A DNA stretch of 64,000 nt from Octopus sinensis (GCF_006345805.1 NC_043000.1:39618001-39682000); one strand, 5' to 3'. Numbered from the stretch's first letter, positions 36,170 through 49,976 are shown. Made by a program: numbers and translations. Notes: generated by a model not told the origin, from the letters alone.

Positions 36170-37127
36170 TTAATTGCTTTAAAGTACTCTTAATGATTCT
36201 ACTCAATAATGATTATTGAGGCAAAGATTGATATAAGTTTACGCCCAACCAATCGATTTGCAACTGGATAGAAAGCCCTGCAAAGTGCATTGCAACACTC
36301 TTAGAAGGGGGTAACAATAGAATGTGAGGTGGCCCTGAAAAGGCTGTGTCATCGTTCTCACAATTGTAACAATTTTGTAGGTAGTCCTGGAAGGGTGTGT
36401 AAAACGTTCGTAGGTGAATATGGCATCTTCTTTTTCCACTAACGGCAGCGGATGTGCTGTTACAAAACTTCATGCTCTGCGAAAACAGAATAGATGCCCT
36501 ATGGAGGAAAGTGGAGCATTAATTATGGGTAAGTAAATTTGGGTAAGTTTGAAAATATACAAAGATAGCAGAGAATAGAGTTTGGCACAGTCGTCCGGTT
36601 ATCGAACAATCCAACCCATTCCAGCAAAGAAAACAGATGCTCAATGATGGTGATGAGGACGAGGAGGAGAAACAAGAGGGTAAATTTCTTAGATATTACA
36701 AACACACACACATACGAGCGTGCCCAATCCCCCCCACATACACATATCTACTATTGTTTAACTTCTACCTTACAATGCTGTAAGGGTCAGATGAGTATAC
36801 TGGGGTAGAGGTTTGTGTGGTCAGGTTCCCTTTCTGCTGCCAAATGCCATCTGTTGCAAGTCAGGTAATAAATCTCCCAGTCTCTGGAGCAAAAGACAGA
36901 CCTAACATGTTTATATGGAGAACTGGAAGCCAAAGACACCACCTCAAAGAGCCCTTTATTCACAAAGGTCGTGCATTGTCAGTACATATCAAGGAACCGA
37001 GACATGGTTACAACGTGCAACGCAAGCAAAACGACGCCTGTGAATATTAATGGAGACAAAGAGATACCTATATATATAGGTATATATATAGGTATCAAAG
37101 AGATACCAATATATATATATTGTATAG

Positions 37128-37687
37128 AGGGCATTACTACACATAAATGCCACACGCTAGGAGGGACTCTTAAAGTCAAAACTACTAAAATAAATAAACC
37201 CATCGTACCGAATGCAACTCTCGAAGCAAGTCATTTACAAACAGAATTTAGCTGCAGATCACCGTGATTTCATAATCAGTGCAGTGGTGCACTCTTTACT
37301 CATCAGTGCAAGCATAATTCTAGATTTATAATGAATGAACAAAATCAACATACCAGACGAACAACCAATGTTGTATATAGAAATGTTCACCCTTGTACAT
37401 CTATGTAAATGGCGGTTTTTTTCGAATTGCATATCGGTAACAATGAGCTTATACGAAATAAAAATTCATTATTGAATATACTCCGGTTAAATTCACAATT
37501 TAATAATAGGATAAATTCTTTATAATAAAACCTCATAAGAGAAAAGATCCACCAATTTTTATCACTTAAATCTATTTATTTATATTATATAAAGGGCATT
37601 ACTACACATAAATGCCACACGCTAGGAGGGACTCTTGAAGTCAAAACTACTAAAATAAATAAACACATCGTACCGAATGCAACTCTC
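37128..37687 (-). mobile_element. Non-coding 465-bp unit with 95-bp direct terminal redundancy containing a hammerhead ribozyme (retrozyme-like / PLE pseudo-LTR)
   Basis: 37128-37222 and 37593-37687 differ at 2 positions; hammerhead at 37320-37244; no ORF in the unit. Confidence 0.7.
37244..37320 (-). ncRNA. Type-I hammerhead ribozyme with canonical core
   Basis: gaattatgcttgca CTGATGA gtaaagagtgca-ccac-tgcactgattat GAAA tca-cgg-tga TC^ tgcagctaaattc; all three stems pair; predicted cleavage after 37257. Confidence 0.8.
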
Positions 37688-38028
37688 TTTTTTTTTCTCT
37701 TCTGAGGTTTTTCACGCTGACTACTTGATATATATGAACATTTTGGATATTTTTAAATACCTACTAGTTTTATATCCATTTTTATATCTATTTGTATATC
37801 TATTTATATATTTATATATTTATAATGCCAACGTATTTTTAAATATATTCAAATATTTTAAAATATTAAATAATTATATGTTTATATACTTGTATGTTTT
37901 GATACTGTATTATCTAGAACTTTATATTGATGTATTGAGGTCCAATGAAAGTACATATATATATATTGAATATTCCATTGGATAATAGGTCATATTCCTC
38001 TAGTTTTCCGCTGTTATTGCCTCCATTG

Positions 38029-38071
<43 letters not shown>

Positions 38072-38403
38072 TTAAATAACTTAGATATATTTCGGCCAAA
38101 GATTGGTCCAGGCCATATCTAACTCAATAGCACCACCTGGTAGGATTTTACTAAATCCTTTTCAAATGAAGTTTTGTGGTATCAAGGTCCATTCCAGTAA
38201 GGAGTTGCTTGTTGAGTGAGTTATATCCAGGTATATGCGTTTTATCTGGTTTTCTTTGAAGAAGTGTTTGCTGTAGCAACGCTCACCAATCGCTTGGTCG
38301 CTTGATATGACACAGGCTATTGATGTCTAAGCTCGAAAATCATTAATTTCACACCAGAAATTTGCACAGAAACTGTGTTAAAGATTACTTCGAAGTAGAC
38401 TGA

Positions 38404-38640
<237 letters not shown>

Positions 38641-39477
38641 AATTATTCATGTATGAGTTGATACAGACAGTAATTGTATCTAGGCCTTTGACATCTACTA
38701 GCCATAGTGTGTCGAAGTGCATCCATGAAACAAATTTGCATACATGCGGCAGAGGCAGATAATATTATGAGCGTTAAAAAAGTAATCTCAAACTGAATAC
38801 TTGAGATATGACACTCCGAGAAGTTGCAAAACTCTACAAGTCACCAAAAGAAAACATTGTATACAAATTAGCTGAATTTTATCCATGGTTATGTTTAAAG
38901 AAATTGTCAAAGTGATACAAGTAACAAAAATAGTCTATGATGGACCAACAACCGAGATATTAGCTCTCACTTTGAGGCTATGATTTTACAAAACAGGTAC
39001 AACAAATAATAACAAAATACCTGTTTTCTGTTGCTTGTGTTGTTGTTGTTGCTACCTTTTGCTATTTATACTGCTTTTGTTCGCTGCTGAATGCATTGAC
39101 AGGACGCCTGCTGTGACTCAGGTCAAACCAAATATGGAAATAAGTCCAACATAACCACACACACCTCCATCTCCTTATAACTACAATTCCTTTCTCTCTT
39201 TCCCTCACCTTCTACTCCTTCCCACCAAATACACAGAAACATGCCCACATAGCTCAACCAACCTTTTCATTGGTCAAAATTGATAAACAACCCTCAGTTA
39301 AACATCCGTTAATGCCATATCGCCCGAAGAAATGAACACGCACACATGACCTTCCCGATATCCATGGATACTAAGGTGTGTACTGTAATCATTCTAGGAA
39401 AACACACTATTATCTTTAGAAACATGTGATTCGTGGAAACGCACGTTACATTAAAATGTTTGTAAATTTCATCCATG

Positions 39478-39478
39478 G

Positions 39479-39523
<45 letters not shown>

Positions 39524-39526
39524 ATT

Positions 39527-39557
<31 letters not shown>

Positions 39558-42500
39558 TTATTATTAATATTATTATTCATATACACACAACATATTAGAT
39601 CGTTGGTAAAAAATCCTAACATCGGTCTACAACAAGTAACCTTAGATGCCAAGAACACTCCTAAGTATCTTAGCTATCCCTAAAAACACTGTTTTCCGCA
39701 GCTGTACTAAACTGGGTTTTATGCCTACTTCTTTTATTCATCTGTTCAGATCTTTAGGGATTGTTCGTAATGCACCTATAACAACTGGAATACATTTTAT
39801 CCGCACTTTACATAGTCTCTGTAATTCAATAACTAGGTCCTGGCACTTTGCTATTTTTTCTATACCTCTCATATTGATTGTTTCTCATTTGGGACTGTAA
39901 AGACAATTATCTGGCACTTTCTATACTCTTTATCAATTACAACTAAATCAGGCCTTCTAGTTTTTATTACACTGTCAGTCTGTATATCAAAGTCCCACAA
40001 TATCTTATATTTCTTACTTTCTAGTAATTTACTAGGTTCATGTTCAAACCATTTATCAGTAGGTTCAAATCCTAACTTTCTCCACAGCTCCCAGTGGATT
40101 ACTCTGTAGGGATTGTCATGTATTTTCCAGTATTCTTTTTGTGTCAGCGTGCTACATTCACTTACTGCATGAGTAAAACTTTAATCTTTTTATTTCTATA
40201 ACCTACATTGTGAATCCACTCGGGTTTTGGCTTTTATGCAATTAGTCCTTAATGCTTGATCTTGTGCTACTGCTAACAAACTTTGTTTCGCTTTTCAGCC
40301 TTCATTTCTGCAAACATAAACATGTCTCACTACTATTATTTACTGCAACTACCTTTGGTAATCTAGCATGCAAAGCCTTCTCCTGCCAATCAGATAATTT
40401 CTATTCTTTTCCTGGTTTTTAATTTCGATTGACTTTGGTTTCCCTGTGTCCTGCTGTTACTCTAGCAGCTCTTAAACTTTCTTCACTCTTGCCTACACAG
40501 GAGTCTACATCTACTTTAACTAAGTCCACGAAGATTCTACTGATATTAAGTCTCTTCCACCTTCCTTTCTAGGTAAGTATAATCCTGTCACTCCTGCTCT
40601 GGGGTGGAGTTCCCCATTCCTATTGAATGCCTTCCTATTTATTCTGTCTAGCTTTGCTAATTCAGTTTTTGTCCAATCTACAAAAGCTGCTGAGTATCTA
40701 AGTAATGATATTGTTCAAGTATTTACAGAATTTACTAGATTCAGACCATTTCGCTCTCACTTCATTAACTTCCTCACACTTCTGATCCGCTCCTTCTCAA
40801 TATTCGTTTTCATTTCTGTAGCTAGTACTTTCTTAGATTCTAATACTCCTAGATACTGTAATACTCCCCTTTCCTCAGCGATCTTGATGTCTGGCCATCT
40901 GGTAATTGGATGACTTCGCTATTGACTACAAGTCCCCTTTTCACTTCTAATATTGCACACTTATCTATGCCAAATTGCATGCTTATATCTTTGCTGAAGA
41001 GTCTTACAGTCTGTATTAAGGAATATTTTTCCATTCTTACTAAACATTTTCACATTATCCATATAGAGCAAATGGCTAATTTTCCCCTTACTATTTCTGA
41101 ACTGATACCCTGTCCTTACCTTCCTTAATACTAAACTGAAGGGGATCAAATATAAAGAAAAATATTAAAAGGGATAACGAATCCCCTTGGAAAATTCCTC
41201 ACTTGATATTAACTTTCCCTGAGAGTGTGTCACCTGAGTAAGTATCTACTTTCCGTTTCTTCATGCTACAGCGAATTAATTCTCTTATTTTGTTTTCCAT
41301 ACTGAATATACACAAACGATCACTTATCCATGATTGTGGGATCATGTCATAGGCTTTCTTATTATCTATCCTTGATATTGTTAGATATTTTTCTTTCTAG
41401 CTTTTACTTATTTCTCTTTGTATAATAGATCATGCGTTACTCTAGCCTTCTTCTAGAAACTTTTTTTGTTTTTCTTGCAGTAAATTCTGGCTGTCAAGGT
41501 GCTCCTAAATGCTTTCTGAAAGCATTCCTCTCAACAGCTACCACAATAATGGTAAGAATGTGATCGGTCTATAATTGCTAGCTGTATTTTATTTGCTCTT
41601 ATCTTTCATAATGAGCATTGTCCTGCATCTATTAATCCTATCTGGTATTATTCCTCCAATAAGGCAATTCTGAAGTTGTTCCCTAAGCCTCTCATGTAAA
41701 CAACTGAATTTTTTCAACCAGCACCCTTCAATTAAATCCGATTTTGGGCCCTTCCAATTCGGCATTTATCTAACACTTTAATTATCAATGTACTAGTTAA
41801 TCTTAGATCTGGCTGCTTCTCACTCACTACTTCTTTCACTTTCTTTAACCATCCTGCATTTCCATTATGATTGACTGCCTTATCCCAAATATTACTCCAG
41901 AAATGTGTAGCTTCTTCTGCATTAGATTTCTCATCTTCAGTACTTCGTTCTCCATCATTTCATTTGTTATGAAATCTGCTCTGGTCTGTCTGAAATAATC
42001 TATTCTGTTGATACTGATCTATTCTTTTCTGATATCTGGAGAGCTTACCTGCTACTACTATGATACGCTCTTTCATCTCTTCTATGACTGCTCCAAATCA
42101 TTTCTCTTTAACTGTCTTTTTTCAAGAGTATAGCATCTTCTGTTTCCTAACCTGATCAACTTCCAGGTTTCTATTCTACTCAGATTTTTCTCTTAAAGTC
42201 TTCACTTATTTTATTTTGTAATCTCCTTTTCCTCATATGCTTTTTTAAAATCTTTCCTTCAGGAATAGCTAATCTTATGGTGACTACTACTCTGACTGCA
42301 TAGACCAATAAGTCAGTATCTACTATATTTTTTATATTTTAGTATCTATCCTATTGATAACAGAATCTACTTTCCGAGTCATTTTCTAGCAGCTTCCTTC
42401 TGTTGGTACCATTTAATACCGGCAATATTTTTCTTACTTCTTTTCTCATTACTTCCTACAACTCATCTAAAATCTTCTGATCTTTCTCACTTAAATCACT

Positions 42501-42900
42501 TAAGTCTTTGGTAGCGCTGTTATCATTTTTTCCTTTGGGTTCTTCTTTGGTTTGAGATGTATTCTTGTTGTTGTATGTCTTTCCTACTGCCCAACTTTTG
42601 TTTTCCAGTTCTATTGTGATCTCTTCTACCGCCAATTCTATCATCCACATTCTTCTAATAGTATTAGCTTAATCAACTAATCAACTTTAAACATACCCTT
42701 CTCTACACCGTTCTCTATAACCCCTTCTTTAAGGTTTACTTTCTAAATAGCACTGCATTCCTATCCTGTTTTCTTTGCTGGTCCTCCTAGTTTTATGATC
42801 AGCTGATGCTGAGTTAGAATAACAGCTGTGATCAGCCTGCATCTTTGCTGAACCACTTCCGAGTGAGAGGCCTTCCCTTAAAGGTCCAGTTTCATTTTCG
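39478..42900 (-). mobile_element. R4/Dong-clade LINE, near full length, decayed, with (TAA)n tail (39478-39577)
   Basis: ISHLLYMDNVK, MQFGIDKCA, KILWDFDIQTD..RRPDL (RLE domain), C-terminus GIAKILRSVLGI*. Confidence 0.88.
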
Positions 42901-43389
42901 CTGTTACACCAGAGGTTCTTCGGAAACTCTTATCTCTTATAAAGTGAGGTAAAGTAACGTTCGTCACCATTGTCATCACCACTATTATCTATCGACATCT
43001 GAAAGTTTCAAGCAACTTTCTATTGAATCATTTGTTGCATCTTTGTGCTGGTGGGATGATGGGTACTGCATTTGTTTTGATGGGGATATTGTATCAGTGC
43101 GTTTGTTGTGAGGTTTGGTTTGAGACTTCTGTTGTATTAGTTTATATATTGTGTATTGTTTGTACATCGTAGGATGTGTTCTGTCGGGTATCGGACTTCT
43201 ATGGCACATACGGGTTTTGTTTAATTTTTTTAGTGTTTACAGTATGAGTTTATTTTCGTATGTTTTGGAGAGGTGTCGCATAGTGGGGTGTGTGTGTGTG
43301 TAACTCATAAATCAACTATTTTATTGTATTTATGATTATCGACCCGCCGTTCTCTCTCTTTTATTTGGTTTTGTTATGGGGTCCGTTAA

Positions 43390-45540
43390 TTATTATTATT
43401 ATTTTCATTCTTATATTATTATTATTACTATTATTATTTTATTGTCTCTGCACAGCTTCTAATGATTGAGATGGGCTAGGTGTCAACTGTTCAGTACAAG
43501 TGAGCTTAGGTAACATCCCTATTTTTTCGAGCTCGATACGGAGTATTCGAGCGGTTCCAAGCAGTACTGTTTTCTGCAAGTGCCCCACCCTTATTGCAAC
43601 CGCTATTTGTCCCATGTACTTCTGAAGATTTTTACTTACTGTTCGTGATATGAGTAATGGTTTCATCGACTCTATTGCAGATGCGGCACAGCAGAGACAC
43701 TTGCTCATTCCAAATGTTGACCCTCTAGTTCGTGGTCAAAGCTTGGTCTTGTGCTGTCAGTATAGTGCTCTCGGTCTGTTTTAGGGTTCCTTTTATCAGC
43801 CAATCCCACCTATTTTTTCCAGTGATAGTGAAAGTTTTACCTTGAACAAGCGACTCAGGATGATGTTCATACCAGTAAGCAGGAGTGCTGATTTTGTAGT
43901 GTTTATATAGTTTCAAATGTAAATACTGTCCTACCTTATCGTGGCGAATATCATATTCGTTTGGTGTCAGCACAGGACATCCCGAGACGAGATGTTCAAT
44001 TGTTTTGTCAAATGTATCGCAGAATCTGAATTTAAGATCAGAACCGTTTTATAGAACGTTAGCCTGGTAGTTTTTGTCAGCAAGTTTTGGTTTTGTGTCG
44101 CCATTATAGAACCTTCAGTCTCTGCTTGAACTCCTGAAATTCTCAGCCACTGATGCGTTATTGAATGATCTATATCAGCATTTCTACTTCGAACTATATA
44201 TTGTCTATGCAGAGGCTTCTAGTTCCATCGCTCCTCAGTTTGTGTCTGTCCGTTCTTTTTTTGAAGTCTACTTGATCCAGGTTTCAGGTTCTTCAACTAT
44301 TTCAGGATTAATGTCAACTTCCCTTGCGAATTTGCAAGCTTCCTTGATAATCGAATGTAGCTTTTTGCTGCTTTCGTGTTTGTACACAAGCCGCAGCATC
44401 CAGTCCTCTGTACTAGATAAGTACCTGTTCGTTGCTATTGTGGAGGTCATATAGGACAGTTGTATCTGCATCGTTCCTCTTCCCCCTTTATTTCTAGGTA
44501 GGCACAGACGGTCAATATCTGCTTTTGGGTGGTGCATGTTCTTAGAAGTTAGTATTTTTCTTGCCTTCATGTCCAGGCGTTGGAGCTCTGTAAGATTCCA
44601 GTTAATGATGTTAAAACTATACTGGACTACTCGAAATGCCAGGGTGTTAATGGCTTCCATGCGATTTTTGGAGTTGAGTTCAGTTTTTAGTATGTGTCTT
44701 ATTCTCCTGTAATATTCTTTTCTTATTTTTTCCTTCATAGCAGCATGTTGTATACCACCTCCTTCGTTTATCCCCGTGTATGTGTAATTTTCTTCTGGGT
44801 CAAGCTCCTTCATAGTAGTGTCAATATCTAATTCAATGGAAGCTGTTTGCCTGAGATTGCCTCTTTAAAATGTTGCTTTAGCTCAAGCCAAAGACCATCC
44901 CGATGCCATTGCTGAATTCTGGGATCAGAGTATTGGGGGTAGGGAGCCACCTTGAAATTTGCCTCGTTTGTTAGTTTGGTTCCTCACGTTACTATGGTTC
45001 CGAAGGACGCGTGTGTTCGTCTATCTATGCCATACTCAGGTTCTTCTTGTTGCTCCGGCAATTCTCTACAATCATTTTACTTCTGAGTAATTGATCTTTG
45101 CACCCATAAGAATTAATTTTACAGCCTTTTTGAGCTTGTGGAAGACTAGATCTCTGTTCAACAAACCGTATGCTTTGTCAGTTATTATGGATGTGAAGAT
45201 CTTTTAGGTGGTGTTGAGACATGTTATTGGTCAGTAGTTCTTTAGATGGTTTGTGTCTTCAGTTTCTGGTAGAAGTATGTTGTTCCCTCAGTCAGCCAGC
45301 CAGCTATTTTCTCTGGTTTCTGGATAGCTTCAGTTAAAGATGCAAATAAATTTTGGTGTACTCGTGTCAGACAATTTAACCAGAAGTTAGGAATTCGATC
45401 CAGTCCTGGAGTTTTCCATTTCTGAGATTTCCTAAGTACGCATCTCAGCCCTTCTATTCCTATTGCCTTCCATTTCTGCTCTTCAGTTTCATCATGTCTC
45501 ACTTTCTCTTGCTCTATCGTTTTTTGTTGCTCCATATCTT
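43390..45540 (-). mobile_element. Second R4/Dong-clade LINE (internally deleted), TAA-rich tail
   Basis: WKTPGLDRIPNFWL, KEYYRRIRHILKTELNSKN..AINT, HHPKADIDRL..PR..GGRG, RHDKVGQYLH, LQKTVLLGTARILR. Confidence 0.88.
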
Positions 45541-45559
45541 CTAGAACTTTTCCCTTTTC

Positions 45560-45712
45560 TCAGTTTTAGGTGGCTCCTTCACTTATATCTTATATCGTTT
45601 GCTTTGTTTCTCTATTAAGACTATGTCTGGTTTCCTATTCTCTATCACATGGTTTCACTGAATCATAAGATCCTATAGGATCCTTGCATTATCATATTTG
45701 ATAATACCTTCG
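45560..45712 (-). mobile_element. R4-type RLE-domain fragment
   Basis: PEGIIKYDNARIL*DLMIQ*NHVIENRKPDIVLIEK. Confidence 0.62.
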
Positions 45713-45714
45713 GG

Positions 45715-47290
45715 TTTATGGTCTGTACCACGTTTTTTCTCCGTCAAGTCCATACTTGTTGCAAAGTGTCCAATGGACAATCCTTGCTATATTGTCATGA
45801 TGTCTCTAATATTCTTTCTTCACTAATTGACATATGCTTCCAACGTGTCCTTCAACTCAACATCCACGAACTCAGACATCCCAAATTAAAGAAGGATTTA
45901 CAACCAAAAGCCCTAACATACATCTCTACACACAACCATCTTAACAATGTAGCTTTCGACACCATTCTTCAAAACATTCCCCTACTAAAAAAAGGACCAC
46001 AGAATTAATTTAATCCGCCATACGCACACCATCATAAAAAGCAAGAGACAACCTAAATCTATGAAAAGTCTCCTAACACAAGCCCGAATACGCTCAACAA
46101 CAACACAGAAACAGTCGGTAAAAAAATGCGGAAGACCTAACTGTGGGATATGCGTCAATTTAATTGAGAGATCAGAGTTCTCCTTCAAATAGGGACAACG
46201 TTTTACAGTGAAAAGCAAATTCACATGTGCTTCGAAGAACCTGATATACACACTAACCTGCTCTGGGTGTCAAGAGCAAAAAAACAGTCTACGTAAAAGG
46301 ATGGTTCTACACAGATCCTAGATCATAATTCCTCAGAACAGAAAAATAGCATTCAGCCAACACATCGACATTTCCGCCAACAACAAAAATCCAATCTTCA
46401 GAATGTTTCTTCTCTGCCAATTCAGGGTCGATACAACCTGTAGCCAACGAATTAGTAAAGAGACTCTCTTTATTACAAAATACAGGCCCCTTCTGAACAC
46501 GTCTATGACAAACGACATATCCACAACGGCCTTACAATAACACAAATACACACACGAATATTAAAAATGATACACTCAAGTGATTCCCAAAAATTCATTT
46601 AAAAAACAGTCCGAATCACTGCTATAATCTTTAACGAATCACCTTTAGGTCACTTGACCATTTAACAACCTATTACTATCATACCACCTATATTCTCCCT
46701 TCTCTTTCTCCTTCTTTTCCGTCGTCTTCTTCCTCTTCGCCACCTCCTTCCTAACTTTACCACTATTGTTGCTGATTAGAATAACACGTACCCAAATTTT
46801 ATAAACAATACATTCAAAAGAGATGTCTCAAGAATTCGATCATTACAAGTCACTTTCAGGGCACTTGACCATTTAACATCCTACTATTATCATGGCACTT
46901 CCTTATTCTTCTTCTCTTCCTCCTCCTTTTTCTTTTTCTTTTCTTCTTCTTCTTCTTCTTCTTCTTCTTCTTCTTCTCTTCTTCTTCTTCTTCTTCTTCT
47001 TCTTCTTCTCATTCTTCTTCTTCTTCTTCTTCTTCTTCTCATTCTTCTTCCCTGCCAAGAAATCACAACGACCTCGAACCCACAAGAATAAACAAGAGAC
47101 ACAGAGACAGGCAGAAACAAGGAAAATGCCACTTTTATTTGAACACTATGCAAATATTCTTTTAAAAACTTTTCTTTTAATTTTTCCTAAATTTAATTGT
47201 TTTCCATACTTACAGTTGAAAAAGTCTCAATGACTGAAACCGGTACTGAAATGCTTTTTACAAAATTATTTTATCATTTTCTTCCTTGAC
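45715..47290 (+). mobile_element. Penelope-like element (Neptune-type) 3' part: Cys-rich linker, GIY-YIG (YIG deleted), 3' UTR with (CTT)n and hammerhead
   Basis: IIKSKRQPKS..KKCGRPNCGIC..FTCASKNLIYTLTCSGC..SLRKRM..SQHID..KYRPLLN. Confidence 0.82.
47213..47248 (+). ncRNA. Minimal type-I hammerhead ribozyme, U3-A8 variant
   Basis: cag TTGAAAA agtc-tcaat-gact GAAAC-CG-GTA^ ctg; palindromic stem III (accggt); predicted cleavage after 47245. Confidence 0.68.
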
Positions 47291-47358
47291 TTTTTTCCAT
47301 ATATATCAACTTGTGTGTTCCTTTTCAACCTTGTACACACACATACATACGTACACAC

Positions 47359-47410
<52 letters not shown>

Positions 47411-47644
47411 TATATATGTATATATATATCAAATCAATAATGATAGCGATTATGGAGACTTTTTCATACTCAAGATTTATTCCCTCATTTTATAATTTCA
47501 AACAGCCTATTTTTAGGCTTCTTATGATCTACATATGTTTCCACTGGACAAAATACAGACAGTTGCACACGCAACCGGGCATTATTTTCTGTGCAACTTT
47601 TTCCAGGTCTGTCCATTTGGTTAATTTTTAAGCAAACTAAATAC

Positions 47645-47675
<31 letters not shown>

Positions 47676-47699
47676 GTGTTAGTCACTTAGTGTGTTGGT

Positions 47700-48300
47700 T
47701 AGTTAGGGTTCAGGGGAAAGTAGGGGCGGTTGTTTTCAAACTGAAATCTGATCTGTTTGTAAGCTTGTGGGGTTGACACCTGTTCCACATCGGTTACTGT
47801 CCGAAGTCAGGGTTCTGTCTAACTAGGTCAAGGTTGATATTATTGTTTTGGCATGCCTGATTATGAATTGTAGTAGTTGGCTAATTGACAATCTTATACT
47901 CAAGTGTAGTACTTGTCATGTAATGTTTTTATTCACATATCTATTGACTGTGTACTTTATGCTTGGTAGTATAAGATGTATAGTATATATGTTTGGTAGG
48001 TTATGAAGGGCCTTGGATATTTTGAATTGAGGATATGTTCTTCTCTCCTTCTTTTCACATACAACTGTGGGTAAGACATTGAGTTACCTCGAAAATTTCT
48101 TAAATCTTTTGGTATGTTAATGCAAGCATCTTAAGGCCTGTTCGAGCCTGGTGTTAAGTAATTTGTGTCTCGATATGAATATTTGGTAGATTCCCTATAT
48201 ACATAACTCACAGCTACATCCACATGCACGGTACGTTGTAGCTATACTCATTATTTCCCACTCCGTGGTATATTTATGGTTCTTCTCTCTAATGGATCAG
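47700..48300 (-). mobile_element. Highly degenerate Penelope-like endonuclease region
   Basis: Broken CGC..YIG motif on the minus strand followed by a (TAAC)n tract; weak. Confidence 0.38.
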
Positions 48301-48469
48301 ATTAGTTTGCATACACCCGTGCTGCTCATCTTACTTTTATCCCTATATTTATTTATGTATACACACATGCACACACACACATATATATTATATGTATATA
48401 TACATATATATTCTGTATGTATATGTATTATATATATTTTTTTTTATATGCACATATATTATATATATA

Positions 48470-48642
48470 CTTTCGGTGCGAATGGTTTTTAATACGGCGC
48501 CGTGATTTACAATCTTGTAAATAGGAATAATGATATTTCTATATAAGCTTAAAGTTTCATGGTGATCGCCATAAGCTTTAAGGTTATATAAAAATACCAT
48601 TATTATTACTTACAGGTTAAAAAAAACCATTCGCACCGAAAG
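48470..48642. mobile_element. MITE-like hairpin element (~170 bp)
   Basis: ctttcggtgcgaatggttttt / aaaaaccattcgcaccgaaag TIRs; interior also self-complementary; inserted in a TA-rich tract. Confidence 0.8.
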
Positions 48643-48770
48643 CATACAGAACGTTTGCATATAGACATATATATCATATATATGTATATATATATATATA
48701 TATATATTATACATGTGTGTGTATACATACATATACTATATATATATATATATATATAATATGTATGTAC

Positions 48771-48805
<35 letters not shown>

Positions 48806-48913
48806 TATTATATATAGTATATATTAATTATATATACTTATATATATATATATATATATAATATATGTATATATAAATATAATATATATATATAAATATA
48901 TATAATATTTGTA

Positions 48914-48952
<39 letters not shown>

Positions 48953-49059
48953 TTTATGTAATCCCCCGAATCTATATATTAAATTGTTATCGTTGCATTA
49001 AATGTAAGTCAATATTGTAAGTCAATGTAAGTATAAATTTCAGGAAGAAATAAACCTGA

Positions 49060-49565
49060 CTATTTACTACACACAACACATGTTAACTCTCTATAGTTCT
49101 CGTATGGAGGACTTGGCAATGAACCAACCACAGCTTGTACGTGGTATAACAGAGCACCATTCTTGTTTTCGTATCCTTTGGTGTCAGCTTCAGCTTCTTT
49201 GTCGACACATATATATTCAGTTCTACCTACATGCTTATAATATTCTGTCATCAAATAACCTGAATACTCCATTTTCCATTTACCCACACATTCTTTTCGA
49301 CCTGGAATCATCAATACTGAAGCAGGTTTGTTAGTTTCACAGACTGCACAAGGGACATCTTGATCCTGCAAAGCGTATGGTTTAGGTGCAAACATTCCAA
49401 ATGTCTTACTTTTCGCATAGGATGATACTTCATATTCGACACCGTATATAAGGCCGGTGGCTGCCTCATTAATGTTTGTGTAATTGCCCCATTGAGGGTT
49501 CATTGTTAAGCACAAATAGTTGCTTCCGGCTCCTGTGTGTGTGAAATGTGTTCCGCCAGCAATAC
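49060..49565 (-). CDS. Short-chain-collagen-C4-like (NC1-related) protein, terminal exon
   Basis: ttgacag|GTATT acceptor; IAGG..GSNYLCL..YGVEYE..DVPCAVC..LMIPGRKEC..EYSGYLM..EYICVD..ELTCVVCSK*; no stops or frameshifts. Confidence 0.92.
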
Positions 49566-49976
49566 CTGTCAACAAATATGCGATTTCAGTGTTAATTTTT
49601 GAATTATCTAATGAATGAAATAACATCTATAAATCAAATTGAAATATCTAATGAATCAAATAAATGAGTGCAATGGAGAACAATTGTTCCACTTTAGCGA
49701 TCAAATCTAATTAACATTCATCAATTATCGTCAACAAACAGAGGTTCTAGTGAATTAAATAAGAGTTGATTAATTACATTTTTCACTTATTTCTTTTCAG
49801 AAGACGAATCAAAAGTTGTTAAAAAAAATAGTATTTTGAGTAAAATCCATGTCTCGAGTTTTATTCCTGGTAAACTATTTGTAACGTTTATTAATCTAGA
49901 AGTGTGTTGTGTTGTAGTGTGAAAATTCTCGAGACATAAATAACCAATGTTGAGGTGAAACATTATATATGCTTAC

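Noticed and set aside
36213-36473. Possible Helitron helicase C-terminus
   Set aside because: Similarity to the HGQLYV..SRV motif is too weak to support by eye.
42950-42985. Hammerhead-like gtgatga..gacgaacgtta on the minus strand next to a weak PLE-like stretch
   Set aside because: C3 is changed without compensation, one A of GAAA is missing and the stems are poor; at best a dead relic.
47520-47610. GAAAC-ATAT-GTA palindrome on the minus strand with upstream hairpins
   Set aside because: No recognisable catalytic core at the required position.
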